64,000 bases of DNA from Octopus sinensis (lineage: Eukaryota): NCBI RefSeq assembly GCF_006345805.1, contig NC_043000.1:13640001-13704000 (forward strand), given 5' to 3'. Of the stretch, positions 25,421 through 36,473 are shown one piece after another; position 1 is the stretch's first letter, and every line of letters begins with the position of its first letter. Below the pieces are notes generated by a model. It saw only the letters and a program-made list of their open reading frames with translations, did no database searches and was not told the DNA's origin. The position numbers and the translations under genes are program-made.

Positions 25421-25807
25421 TAGTCAATAATGAAGGAGATAATCCCCAATTGTTACCTTTGAGTAGTGAGGCATCTCTTCCTCCATATTTTTAAGAAGTC
25501 TTGGGTCAACAGGTTTTTGGGATCTGACAATATGCCATAAAACTAAACCCTTTATGGATAGAAAACGTAGGGTAATCCCATAAACTGGCCTTCTCCATCT
25601 TAAATATATACTGCTCTACATCTTAGAGTGTGCTTCTTTTTTGGGATTTATGTTTTTTACAGACAATATATATATGTTAAGGGCATTTATGCGTATTAAT
25701 GCCCTTAATATAAATAAATATATTTAAAGGGAATAATTATAATTTTTCCCTTTTAAAGTTTTTTTATACTGACGTGATAAATTCTTATATAGATTTTATC
25801 CTGTTTT

Positions 25808-25850
<43 letters not shown>

Positions 25851-25926
25851 CCGTTGGCTGCTGGGGATGCAAATAAATGGTGAGTGTATGTGTCTATGTG
25901 CATGTGTATATCTATACTCTCTCTCT

Positions 25927-26322
25927 CTCTTTTACTCTTTTACTTGTTTCAGTCATTTGACTGTGGCCATGCTGGAGCACCGCCTTTAGTCAAGCAAATC
26001 GACCCCGGGACTTATTCGTTGTAAGCCCAGTACTTATTCTATCGGTCTCTTTTGCCGAACCACTAAGTAAACACACCAGCATCGGTTGTCAAGCAATGCT
26101 AGGGGGACAAACACAGACACACAAACACACACACGCACACATATATGTATATATACATATATACGACAGGCTTCTTTCAGTTTCCGTCTACCAAATTCAC
26201 TCACAAGGCATTGGTCGGCCCGGGGCTATAGCAAAAGACACTTGCCCAAGATGCCACACAGTGGGACTGAACCCGGAACCATGTGGTTGGTTAGCAAGCT
26301 ACTTACCACACAGCCACTCCTG
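25927..26322 (-). mobile_element. tRNA-derived SINE, family A (young)
   Basis: Same sequence as 20392-20808. Confidence 0.92.
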
Positions 26323-26617
26323 TCAGTTCATATGTATTTGTATCGGGTTATGTACCCCAACACTGCTTGACAACAGGGGTTTGTTTAGGTCCCCATAACT
26401 TAGCATTTCAGCAAAGAAACAGACAGAATAAGTATCAAGCTTTAAAATAAGTACTGAGGCCAATTTGTTCAACTAAACCTTTTAAGGCTGTGCTCCAGCA
26501 TGGCTGCAATCCAATTAATGAAACAAGTAAAAGATAAAAGATACATATTTCAAAGAATTTCTTAGGCACACACTCTTGTATAATTCATGAATATGGATAA
26601 GTTTGTATGCCAATTTG

Positions 26618-26753
26618 GGAGAGAAGAGGAATCTGACATTTTGGATCTGATCCTTTCAGTAGGGGAAAAGAAATTTTTCAACTGTTGTAAATTTTCGTTT
26701 TCTTTCCTTTCAGATGAAGGGTCAGTCCTAAAATGTCAAATTCCTTTTCTTCC
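26618..26753. mobile_element. Decayed hairpin element with a degenerate hammerhead motif in each arm
   Basis: Arms ggagagaagaggaatctgacattttggatctgatcctttca / tgaagggtcagtcctaaaatgtcaaattccttttcttcc. The right arm reads CAGATGAA-gggtcagtcc-TAAA-ATGTC. Confidence 0.5.
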
Positions 26754-27049
26754 TATGGCATACAAACAAACACAGATTTATGAATTTCATTGAATAAATT
26801 TTGTGGATGCAGATCAATGCTACTAGTTGTCTTAGACTTTAGTTTTGATGTATATGATGTAGGTGCCAGCATGGTTATGTGGTTAAAGGAGCTCACTTTA
26901 CAACCACATGATTTCAGGTTCAGTCCCATTACATGATACCTTGGGCAAATGTTTTCTACTATAGCGCCAAACCAACCAAAGCTTTCTGAATGAAATTGGT
27001 ACACAGAAGCTATATGGATCGCATTATATATATATATATATATATATAT

Positions 27050-28300
27050 CAGCGAAACATGGGCTGTGACTGCTGAGGACATGCGTAAGCTCGTGACAGC
27101 GAAACATGGGCTGTGACTGCTGAGGACATGCGTAAGCTCGTGAGGAATGAAGCCAGTATGCTCCGATGGATGTGTAATGTCAGTGTACATACTCGACAGA
27201 GCGTTAGCACCTTGAGAGAAATGTTGTACCTAAGAAGCATCAGTTGTGGTGTGCAAGAGAGACGATTGCGCTGGTATGGTCATGTGGCGAGAATGGATGA
27301 AGATAGGTGTGTGAGAAAGTGCCAATCCCTAGCAGTTGAGGGAACCCGTGGAAGAGGTAGACCCAGGAAAACCTGGGACGAGGTGGTGAAGCACGACCTT
27401 CGAACTTTAGGCCTCACTGAGGAAATGACCAGAGACCGAGACCTTTGGAAATATTCTGTACGTGAGAAGACCAGGCAGGACAAGTGAGCCCAGCCCACTT
27501 ATGAATGCCTTTCCTCCCTTGGACACAAAGACCGGTTGAGGCAAGCGAAGTCGATATAGAACCTCATCCGACGACAGACACCCATCCCAACCCCCATGCT
27601 TGCGAAGACATGTTGGGGCAAGCGAAATCGAAACCGAATTGAACCAGCCAGGATCCCTGGCCTGGTGGTACGTAAAAAGCACTATCCGACTCGGGGCCGT
27701 GGCACGTAAAATACTCCAATGCGACCGTACGACAGGCACCCATGCCAACCCCCTTTGCTGTGAAGACATGTTGGGGCAAGCGAAATCGAAATCGAATTGA
27801 ACCAGCCAGGATCCCTGGTCTGGTGGTACGTAAAAAGCACTATCCGACTCGTGGCCGTGGCACGTAAAATACTCCAATGCGACCGTACGACAGGCACCCT
27901 TGCCAACCCCCTTTGCTTGTGAAGACATGTTGGGGCAAGCGAAATCGAAATCGAATTGAACCAGCCAGGATCCCTGGTCTGGTGGTACGTAAAAAGCACT
28001 ATCCGACTCGTGGCCGATGCCAGCACCGCCTCGACTGGTTCCGTGCCGGTGGCACATAAAATACACCAATCTGACCGTGGCCGTTGCCAGCCCCGCCTGG
28101 CACCTGTGCAGGTGGCACGTAAAAAGCACCCACTACACTCACGGAGTGGTTGGCGTTAGGAAGGGCATCCAGCTGTAGAAACATTGCCAAATTAGACTGG
28201 AGCCTGGTGCAGCCTTCTGGCTTCCCAGAACCCCGGTCGAACCGTCCAACCCATGCTAGCATGGAGAACGGACGTTAAACGACGATGATGATGATGATGA
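27050..28300 (+). mobile_element. RTE LINE, 5'-truncated young copy (ORF C-terminus, repetitive 3' UTR, (GAT)n tail)
   Basis: ORF 27113-27487 includes RLRWYGHVARMDEDRC...GTRGRGRPRKTW. Three ~159-bp UTR repeats. Starts and ends at TA runs. Confidence 0.93.
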
Positions 28301-28593
28301 TATATACTAACAACAATTGAGGGTAAAATTAATTAATTAATTAATCAATTTCACCAAGTGTTCAGTATGTAAAAGGACCATTTAAGGCGAATTCAAAATA
28401 TTACATTATATAATTAGGGCTTAGTAAAATAAATTACTTTGCCACATACTGAACTTAGTAGAAATAGCAGCCAAAAAAAATTTTCTTAGCATTTCTACTA
28501 CTTAAAGAAAATTTCTCTCAGATAATGTTTACTCCAGACAGCTCACGAAGGTTTGGGGGTAAATACAGAAAAATATCACAAGTACATAGATCA

Positions 28594-28656
28594 TTTGAGT
28601 ACGTCAACGTTTCAAGATTAGCCAAATAAAATCAGCATTTCTTTCGTCAGCTCAAA
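28594..28656 (-). ncRNA. Type I hammerhead ribozyme (minus-strand copy)
   Basis: Exact reverse complement of 28740-28802. Confidence 0.8.
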
Positions 28657-28739
28657 ATTTCTTAATTTGGATTAAGAATCCAAATTAAGAAATTTTGATT
28701 AAGAATCCAAATTTGGATTAAGAATCCAAATTAAGAAAT

Positions 28740-28802
28740 TTTGAGCTGACGAAAGAAATGCTGATTTTATTTGGCTAATCTTGAAACGTTGACGTACTCA
28801 AA
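28740..28802 (+). ncRNA. Type I hammerhead ribozyme
   Basis: Stem I tttgag/ctcaaa, core CTGACGA (28746-28752), stem II aaga/tctt with extension, GAAA (28783-28786), stem III A-cg-[ttga]-cg-T, cleavage triplet GUA (cut after 28796). Confidence 0.82.
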
Positions 28803-28981
28803 TGATCTATGTACTTGTGATATTTTTCTGTATTTACCCCCAAACCTTCGTGAGCTGTCTGGAGTAAACATTATCTGAGAGAAATTTTCTTTAAGTAGTA
28901 GAAATGCTAAGAAAATTTTTTTTGGCTGCTATTTCTACTATGTGGCAAAGTAATTTATTTTACTAAGCCCTAATTATAATG

Positions 28982-29016
<35 letters not shown>

Positions 29017-29091
29017 CACAGAGGAATACAAAAAATGGAACAAGAACGTAAAACATCCAGACAGATGATACAAAAAAGGGACAAGAAAAAA

Positions 29092-29973
29092 CATTTGGAG
29101 TTTTCTTTCCTCAGTCGAGTTCCAGATTATCTTTGCAATTTCGGCTGGTTATACTCAAGATTGCTCCAATCTGGCCAGCCCCAAGGAAAAACAAAGCTAA
29201 GAACACTAGATTCCTTGGAAGAAAGCAGCGAATGTATACGAAAACAAGGACGCATTTGTCTGGATGTTTTGAGTTCTTGTCCCATTTTTTGTATTCCTTT
29301 CAACATACATATGGTGGCGTACGTACACTTTGGTCTCTTATATGTAAGTACATATATTTATATATATATGTATGTATATATATTTATATAAATTTTGTAC
29401 GACTCTCTTATTCTTTCCTTCTTTCTTTCTTTCTATCAGCCCCTTCACACTTACTTCATTCTTTCCACTCTTCTTTCTTTCGTTCTCCCCTTCTCACATT
29501 TCCTGGCTTTCTATTCATTCTCACCTTCCCCCCTCTTTCACTTCACTCTATCCCTTTTCTTTTTTTCTCATCCCTCCCTAATTCTTCTATCTCTCTGCCT
29601 CTACCTCTCTCTCCATGTGACTGGTGTTCGACCAAGCCTGACCTTTCTTTCTTGGTTCGACTATCATCCATGCAACATCTATATTCTTCTCCATGACTGT
29701 CATCTCTTATGTTCCTGCCGTAAGGATTCACTTCCACACATGCCAGCATAATTTAATTCATCCTTAGTCAAAAGACACCTGTTAATGGCCTGTTATTTGC
29801 ATTTGTGTACCATTTCTCTGGGGGTTTTTTCCGTCCTTGTTTCCGTAAACATTCGCTGTTTTCCAAGGAATCCAGTACTCTTAACTAAGTTTTCCTTGGA
29901 GCAATCTCAAGTATAACCAGCCAAAATTGCAAAGATAATCTGGAACTTGACTAAGGAAAGAAAACTCCAAATG
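29092..29973. repeat. ~160-bp diverged inverted repeat pair around a ~580-bp pyrimidine-rich spacer
   Basis: 29092-29252 vs 29832-29973 (catttggagttttctttcc...aacaaggacg). A second inverted pair 29021-29063 / 29257-29299 overlaps it. Confidence 0.8.
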
Positions 29974-30984
29974 ACCTAGCCTTGTTTTTTCTTCTGTCAT
30001 CTAACTGTCTGGCAGTTATGGGGGGGGACAAATGCAGACACACACACACACAAATAACATATATGAAGGTGAAAAATTCACAAACTGTTACTCAGACTTT
30101 CAGGCAGTTATGACCATGGACAGTGGCATGAAACTGAGTTTGTGAAGATTTTTTCAGCTCTAATAAAGGCATATTACTCTACCTTCAGTATTCAAACATG
30201 ATTTTTTCTACTTTCTTTTGCATTTATGTGCTTACTCAAATACATATATGTATGTATATCATTATTCAGTTTTATTTCAAGATTTCTTGCCAATAGAGAA
30301 AGAGCTGGTTTCTAACCTAGATTCAAAGATCCTTCATTAGAATTGTAACAACATCAACAGGGTATTTTTGTATGTATATATACATATATGTGCAGATTTT
30401 CAAGTTTTGTTTTATGTATGTATTCTCAAGCATATAGTTGCATATATAAACATGCTCATATATACTTAAATGATAAACTTCTGGAAAGTTTTTCAGATTT
30501 TACAGTTCTAGTGATGGATTAGATCTGTAGTCTTCAAATCAGCTTTCTCCTTTCTGGTTTTGAGAGGCCTAATTTCTCAAGATTTTGGTATTTAGGCAGT
30601 GTATTACATATCTCAGTGCACCAATATGGCTTCAGTCCAATGACTGAAACACGTAAAAGATAAAAGCAATAATATTTAACAATGTAAGCAAGTGCACCGA
30701 TGACTTTATTTACAAATAGGAATTGAGAATATAGGTTGTCAATGTCATTGTGTAAGTGATGTGAAGTGAAAGGTTTGCCATTCATTGACCTGTTCATTTT
30801 CCCAGCAATTGTCGATATGTATGTATGCATGTATGTTTGTATGAATCTATGTAATTTAAAAATATAAATAAAATAAGATTTAAATATAGATAATGTATCT
30901 CAAAAAATTTACAAAACGTTGGTTTTACCATTACTGTTGTATTTTTCTGATACATAGACATGTTATGAAAGACATCTCAAATTA

Positions 30985-31700
30985 TTAGAACAATTCCACC
31001 AAAAATGCCTTTGCTGCATTTTAAACATTAAATGGGGCATTTTTACTCCAGACACAGATGTCTTTGCATCTGCAGGCATCATTTCAATTAAATCAATGAT
31101 TCTGAGAAACCAAATGAAATGGTCTGGCCATATTGTTTGAATGGCAGATGAACACACACCCAATCAGTTGCTTTATGGTGAGCTTGCAGAGGGGAAACGC
31201 AATCAGTGTAAACCTAAAAAGAGGTTTAAGGACGGCATGAGGACTAACATGAAGTCACTTGGAATGGATCCAAAGGCCATAGAAACCCTTACTTCAGATT
31301 GAGCTAGATGGCAAACCGAAAGTGTGGAGTGGAGTGAAAGCATTTGAGGAGGCCAGGATGACACATGCAAGACTCAAGAGAAATTTAAAGAAGAATGTTG
31401 TGACTGTGAAGGTGAATCTCAGTGACATTTTTATGCACACAGTTTGTGACAGACTATGCTTTTCTTTTACTGGGCTCAAATCTGATTTGCAGAACCATGA
31501 AAAATGAACCTTTACCAACTATTCTCTCTATATATCTGTGCACACCTTTCAATGCCATGTGTGCCAGAAGGTCTGCAAATCTAACAGAGGCCTCAAAAGA
31601 TATTCTAAGATCCACAAAGATCAGAACTTAATAGCAGCTCTTGGTGGCTCACATCAGATATGCAATCTATGTGGTGTCTTTTCAATACATTGTCTGGTTT
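30985..31700 (+). pseudogene. Old RTE (BovB-like) LINE 3' ORF relic with C-terminal C2H2-like fingers
   Basis: WSGHIV*MADEHTPNQLLYGELAEGKRNQCKPKKRFKD..., then HTVCDRLCFSFTGLKSDLQNH and FQCHVCQKVCKSNRGLKRYSKIH. Confidence 0.75.
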
Positions 31701-32073
31701 AAAAAAGTTATATCAGATGCCATGATCGATCTAAGGTGTAGATACAAGAGGTGGTCAACCTCTGCATAAGGAGTAGATAACCACCATGTATGTGTGTATG
31801 TGTGTATGTATGCATGTATGTATGTATGTATGTATGTATGTATGTATGTATGTATGTATGTATGTATGTATGTATGTATGTATGTATGTATGTATGTATG
31901 TATGAGATAGATTTCTTAAAGTTTCCCTCAACCAAATCTATTCACAAGGTTGTGGTCAGCCTGTGGTAGTAGTAGAAGACACTTGCCCAAGATTCCATGC
32001 AGTGGAACTGAACTCAAAACCATGTGGTTGAGCAGCAAACTTCTTGACTACACTTATATGTATTGTATATACT

Positions 32074-32279
32074 GAGGTGCTGCCTTGACGGTACATGGCT
32101 CAGTGGAAGCCATCTACTCGCAATACCAGAGGGCGCACACTCTCCTACCCTGATGTAATCTCCAGGGATACAGGCATCCAGCAACAGGACCTCCGTAATA
32201 CCATGATGGACCGTGAAGTCTGGCGCAGCATGGTAAATTCCATTGTCTCGACCACGGTCGAACAATGATGATGATGATG
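32074..32279 (+). mobile_element. RTE/RTEX-type LINE 3' end with (GAT)n tail
   Basis: WKPSTRNTRGRTLSYPDVISRDTGIQQQDLRNTMMDREVWRSMV*, followed by (TGA)n. Confidence 0.7.
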
Positions 32280-33123
32280 GTTAGCGTGTCATGCTCACAA
32301 TCATGAGGTAGTGAGTTTGATTCCCAGACCAGGCTGTGTGTTGTATTCTTGTGCAAAACATTTTATTTCACATTATTCCAGTTCACTCAGCTGTAGAAAT
32401 GAGTTGTGATGTCACTGGTGCCAAGCTGTATTGGCCTTTGCCTTTCTCTTGGTGGCATGGAGAGGGGAGGCTTGTATGCATGGGCAACTGTGGGTTTTTC
32501 ATTAACAGCATTGCCCAGACTTCTGCCTCAGAGGGTAATTTCCTAGGAGCAATCCCATGGTCATTCATGATCAAAGGGGATTTTTACATTTGTTACACTT
32601 TAATACTGCAAGAAAATATTGTACATTGTCCTTGCAGAAACAACATGTATATAGACAGCTATGGAGACAACTACACAAATGTAAGTAAAAATGTTGCAGC
32701 TAATGTTGAATAGATTTACATATTTCAATATGTGGAAATGTTGACAGAATATTTTACTCATAATGTCTCTAAAAGGAAAAATAATATTCATAAATTGCTG
32801 GGAAAATGTATAGATCAATGAATGACAGACCTTCCATTTCACATCACTTACATAGAGACATATCGACAGCCTATATTCTCATTTCCCATTTGTAAATGAA
32901 GTTGGTACACTTGCTTACATTGCTAGATATTATTGCTTTTATCTTTTGCATGTTTCAGTCATTGGACTGCAGCCATAGTGAGGTGCTGCCATTTTTTTAA
33001 AGCCTGGTACTTATTCTCTTGGTCTCTTTAGCAAAACCACAGCGTTACGGGGACATAAACACACCAACACCAGTTACCAAGTGGTGACGGGGGTACAGAC
33101 ACAGACACAACGACTACACACAG

Positions 33124-33178
<55 letters not shown>

Positions 33179-33181
<3 letters not shown>

Positions 33182-33318
33182 TCAGGAAGCCTGATGATTT
33201 CTCTTGAATGAAACAGTTCTAGTCCTGTAGAAGCTCCTTCTATATAATAAATTAATTTTACTCTGCTATGTATTGAGTACCTTATTTACTGTGGTTAACC
33301 CCGAATCAACCCGGGACC

Positions 33319-33321
<3 letters not shown>
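33179..33321. mobile_element. Truncated copy of the 47724-47920 hammerhead palindrome
   Basis: tcatcagg-aag-cctgatga turn, then 130 bp nearly identical to 47790-47920. The other arm is replaced by (TA)n after 8 bp. Confidence 0.85.
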
Positions 33322-33349
<28 letters not shown>

Positions 33350-33350
33350 C

Positions 33351-33766
33351 TTTTACTCTTTACTCTTTTACTTGTTTCAGTCATTTGAATGCGGCCATGC
33401 TGGACCACCGCCTTTAGTCGAGCAACTCGACCCCGGGACTTATTCTTTTTGTAAGCCCAGTACTTATTCTATCGGTCTCTTTTTGCCGAACCGCTAAGTG
33501 ATGGGGACGTAAACACACCAGCATCGGTTGTCAAGCAATGCTAGGGGAACAAACACAGACACACAAACACACACACATACATACATATATATATATATAT
33601 ACATATATACGACGGGCTTCTTTCAGTTTCCGTCTACCAAATCCACTCACAAGGCATTGGTCGGCCCGAGGCTATAGTAGAAGACACTAGCCCAAGATGC
33701 CACGCAGTGGGATTGAACCCGGAACCATGTGGCTGGTTAGCAAGCTACTTACCACACAGCCACTCC
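33351..33766 (-). mobile_element. tRNA-derived SINE, family A (young)
   Basis: Same sequence as 20392-20808. Confidence 0.92.
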
Positions 33767-33780
33767 TATATATATAAAAA

Positions 33781-34167
33781 TTTTAAGATGAGGGTAAGAA
33801 TTAATTTAATTAACATCGATTTCACACCAGTGGTCTAGCATATAAAAAAACTGAAGGTTCAGTAACATTGTATTATATACATATTAGAGGGAAACCACTA
33901 TGTGGGCACCCTTATGTTAGAAATAGATCCGCTATGGTCTTACCACTAAGAAATGTTCTCAAGAAAAATTTAGCAAAACAACCAAAAACGTAATCGAGCA
34001 AGACAAAAGAAAATATATCCATATTTTATTGCTTTTTCTTTTGTCTTGCTCGATTACGTTTTTGGTTGTTTTGCTAAATTTTTCTTCAGAACATTTCTTA
34101 GTGGTAAGACGATAGCAGATATATTTCTAGCATAAGGGTATCCACATAGTGGTTTCCCTCTAATATG

Positions 34168-34173
<6 letters not shown>
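33781..34173. mobile_element. Palindromic non-coding element related to 28316-28987 (no intact hammerhead)
   Basis: ~140-bp arms 33874-34013 / 34034-34173 with a 20-nt loop. The left extension gagggtaagaattaatt...atttcac resembles 28316-28397. The right arm ends in (TA)n. Confidence 0.8.
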
Positions 34174-34216
<43 letters not shown>

Positions 34217-35722
34217 GATGGGGTTCTTTCAGTTCCCGTCTACCAAATCTACTCACAAGGCTTTGGTTGGCCTGAACTATAGTAGAAGACACTTTCCCAA
34301 GGTACCATGCAGTGGAACTGAACCTAGAACCACTGTTTTTAACTCCATTGCACACTAAGTTCCGTGTGAAAAGTTACATAATATTTGCAGTTTTAAATAC
34401 TACAGCAACACTTCAGGCTGCTGTCATAAGGTGAACTCTTACATTGTGCATCTGTCAAGCATTGTATATCGCTTGCATCAAGAGGAAGCAGGAATGATGA
34501 AATGGCAGACAGGACTTACACAATTATAATACCAAATCAGATAAAGAAAGAAAGAAAGAAAGAAGGGGAAATGAAGATATAAAGGGTGTGGTAGATGTGT
34601 GTGTATGTATGTATATATACACACGCACACACACACATTAGGTAAAGACCCCCTTTGGTCAAGAATGACTATGGGATTACACCTAGAAAGCAGAGGCCCA
34701 TGCATACCAACCTCATCTCTACACACCACCGATGTTATCCAAGGGAAAGGCAAAGGCTGATACAGCTTGGCTCCAATGACATTGCAACTCATTTCTACAG
34801 CTGAGTGAACTGGAGCAACGTGAAATAAAGTGTATACATACATACATAAATAAATACATACATGCATACATACATATATATATCATCATCATCATCATTT
34901 AACGTCCGTTTTCCATACTTGTATGAGTTGGACGGTTTGACTGAGGACTGGTGAGCCAGAAGGCTGCACCAGGCTCCAATCTGATCTGGCAAAGTTTCTA
35001 CAGCTGTATGCCCTTCCTAACGCCAACCACTCCTTTAGGGGAAGAGGAAAGAACAGGGCCTCGAGAAGAGACCAGAAGGCACAATATATTAAAATCATAC
35101 CATCTTGCAGCATGGAGCTTGAAGTCGATAGGCAAAATCATGTATACATACATGCAAATAGAGGTTATGCTTAAAATTAAAGTTTTGAAAGGAGACTTTA
35201 AAATGTAGTATCCAAACCTTGTTTTTGGGTATGTCCCTAGTAGTGTGCCTTGAGAGCATGTTCACCACTTACAGCTACCAAGCATCATTTGTAGTACTGC
35301 ACTTACAGTACACCCAGTTTTCCCTATCAATTATTTAAAATATTCATGCAAATATAGACATACTCATATAAACACACAAAATGTTATATATTTAATATTT
35401 TGAAAAATTGGAAATGCATATTAAATGACTTCCTTTATATTTCTTTTTTTATCTCAGTAGTTCTCTTTCAGTTTTCCTTCATTTTTTATATTTTTTTGAA
35501 CATTTTTATGCCCATTTTTTAAACATTTTTCGCCCTTGTATTATTCTTCTGTTGATGGTGAATATATCTTAATGGATGCAGTTCTGGTCTAGAGTACCTC
35601 AGGCACTCTATGCAGCCTTAGGTTCATATTTTAATTGCTACCAAAATTCTAAGTCAAAACACATATAGGCACACATACACACACATATTTGTGTGTGTGT
35701 ATATATATGTGTGTGTGTATGC

Positions 35723-35812
<90 letters not shown>

Positions 35813-35876
35813 ATCTATCTATCTATATGTATATATATATGCATGTATATATATCTATATGTATATATATATATAT

Positions 35877-36158
35877 CATCATCATCATCATTATCATTTA
35901 ACGTCCGTTCTCCATGCTAGCATGGGTTGGACGGTTCGACCGGGGATCTGGGAAGCCAGAAGGCTGCACCAGGCTCCGGTCTTATCTGGCAATGTTTCTA
36001 CAGCTGGATGCCCTTCCTAATGCCAACCACTCCGTGAGTGTAGTGGGTGCTTTTTACGTGCCACCTGCACTGGTGCCAGGCGAGGCTGGCATCGGCCACG
36101 GTCAGATTGGTGCATTTTACATGCCACCTGCACGGAAGCCAGTCAAGGCGGCACTGGC
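35877..36158 (-). mobile_element. Short non-coding RTE 3'-end copy (young)
   Basis: Near-identical reverse complement of 11741-12023. Abuts (TA)n. Confidence 0.9.
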
Positions 36159-36413
36159 TAGTAATTATGACAATAGAGAATATGGTGTGCTAATATACAC
36201 TCCAGATAATATTACCATCCAGCGAAGCAGACATGGAATCATCCATCGGAGGAATTTTCAGTGTGAGTGACAACTCCTAGTAGCCATAGACATTAAATAC
36301 TAATCGACGCAGTTAACCATAACCTAGAACCTGAGAGCAACCACAGTACCTGCTTGGATATTATACCCCCCTTCTCTCTGTTTCTGTCTGTCTGTCTGTC
36401 TGTCTCTCACTCA

Positions 36414-36456
<43 letters not shown>

Positions 36457-36473
36457 ATATATATATATATATA

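Larger units (their letters stand above)
28316..28987. mobile_element. Palindromic non-coding element (PLE terminal-repeat derived) carrying two hammerhead ribozymes
   Basis: Arms 28398-28673 and ~28722-28987 are reverse complements apart from 2-bp and 9-bp indels. An unpaired extension (28316-28397) is shared with 33781-33873. The right arm runs into (TA)n. Confidence 0.85.

Noticed and set aside
25123-25494. 123-aa plus-strand ORF
   Set aside because: It is the antisense shadow of the Penelope-like RT relic on the minus strand.
29092-29125. CTGAGGA-aa-GAAA on the minus strand as a hammerhead
   Set aside because: There is no room for stem II and no stem I/III pairing.
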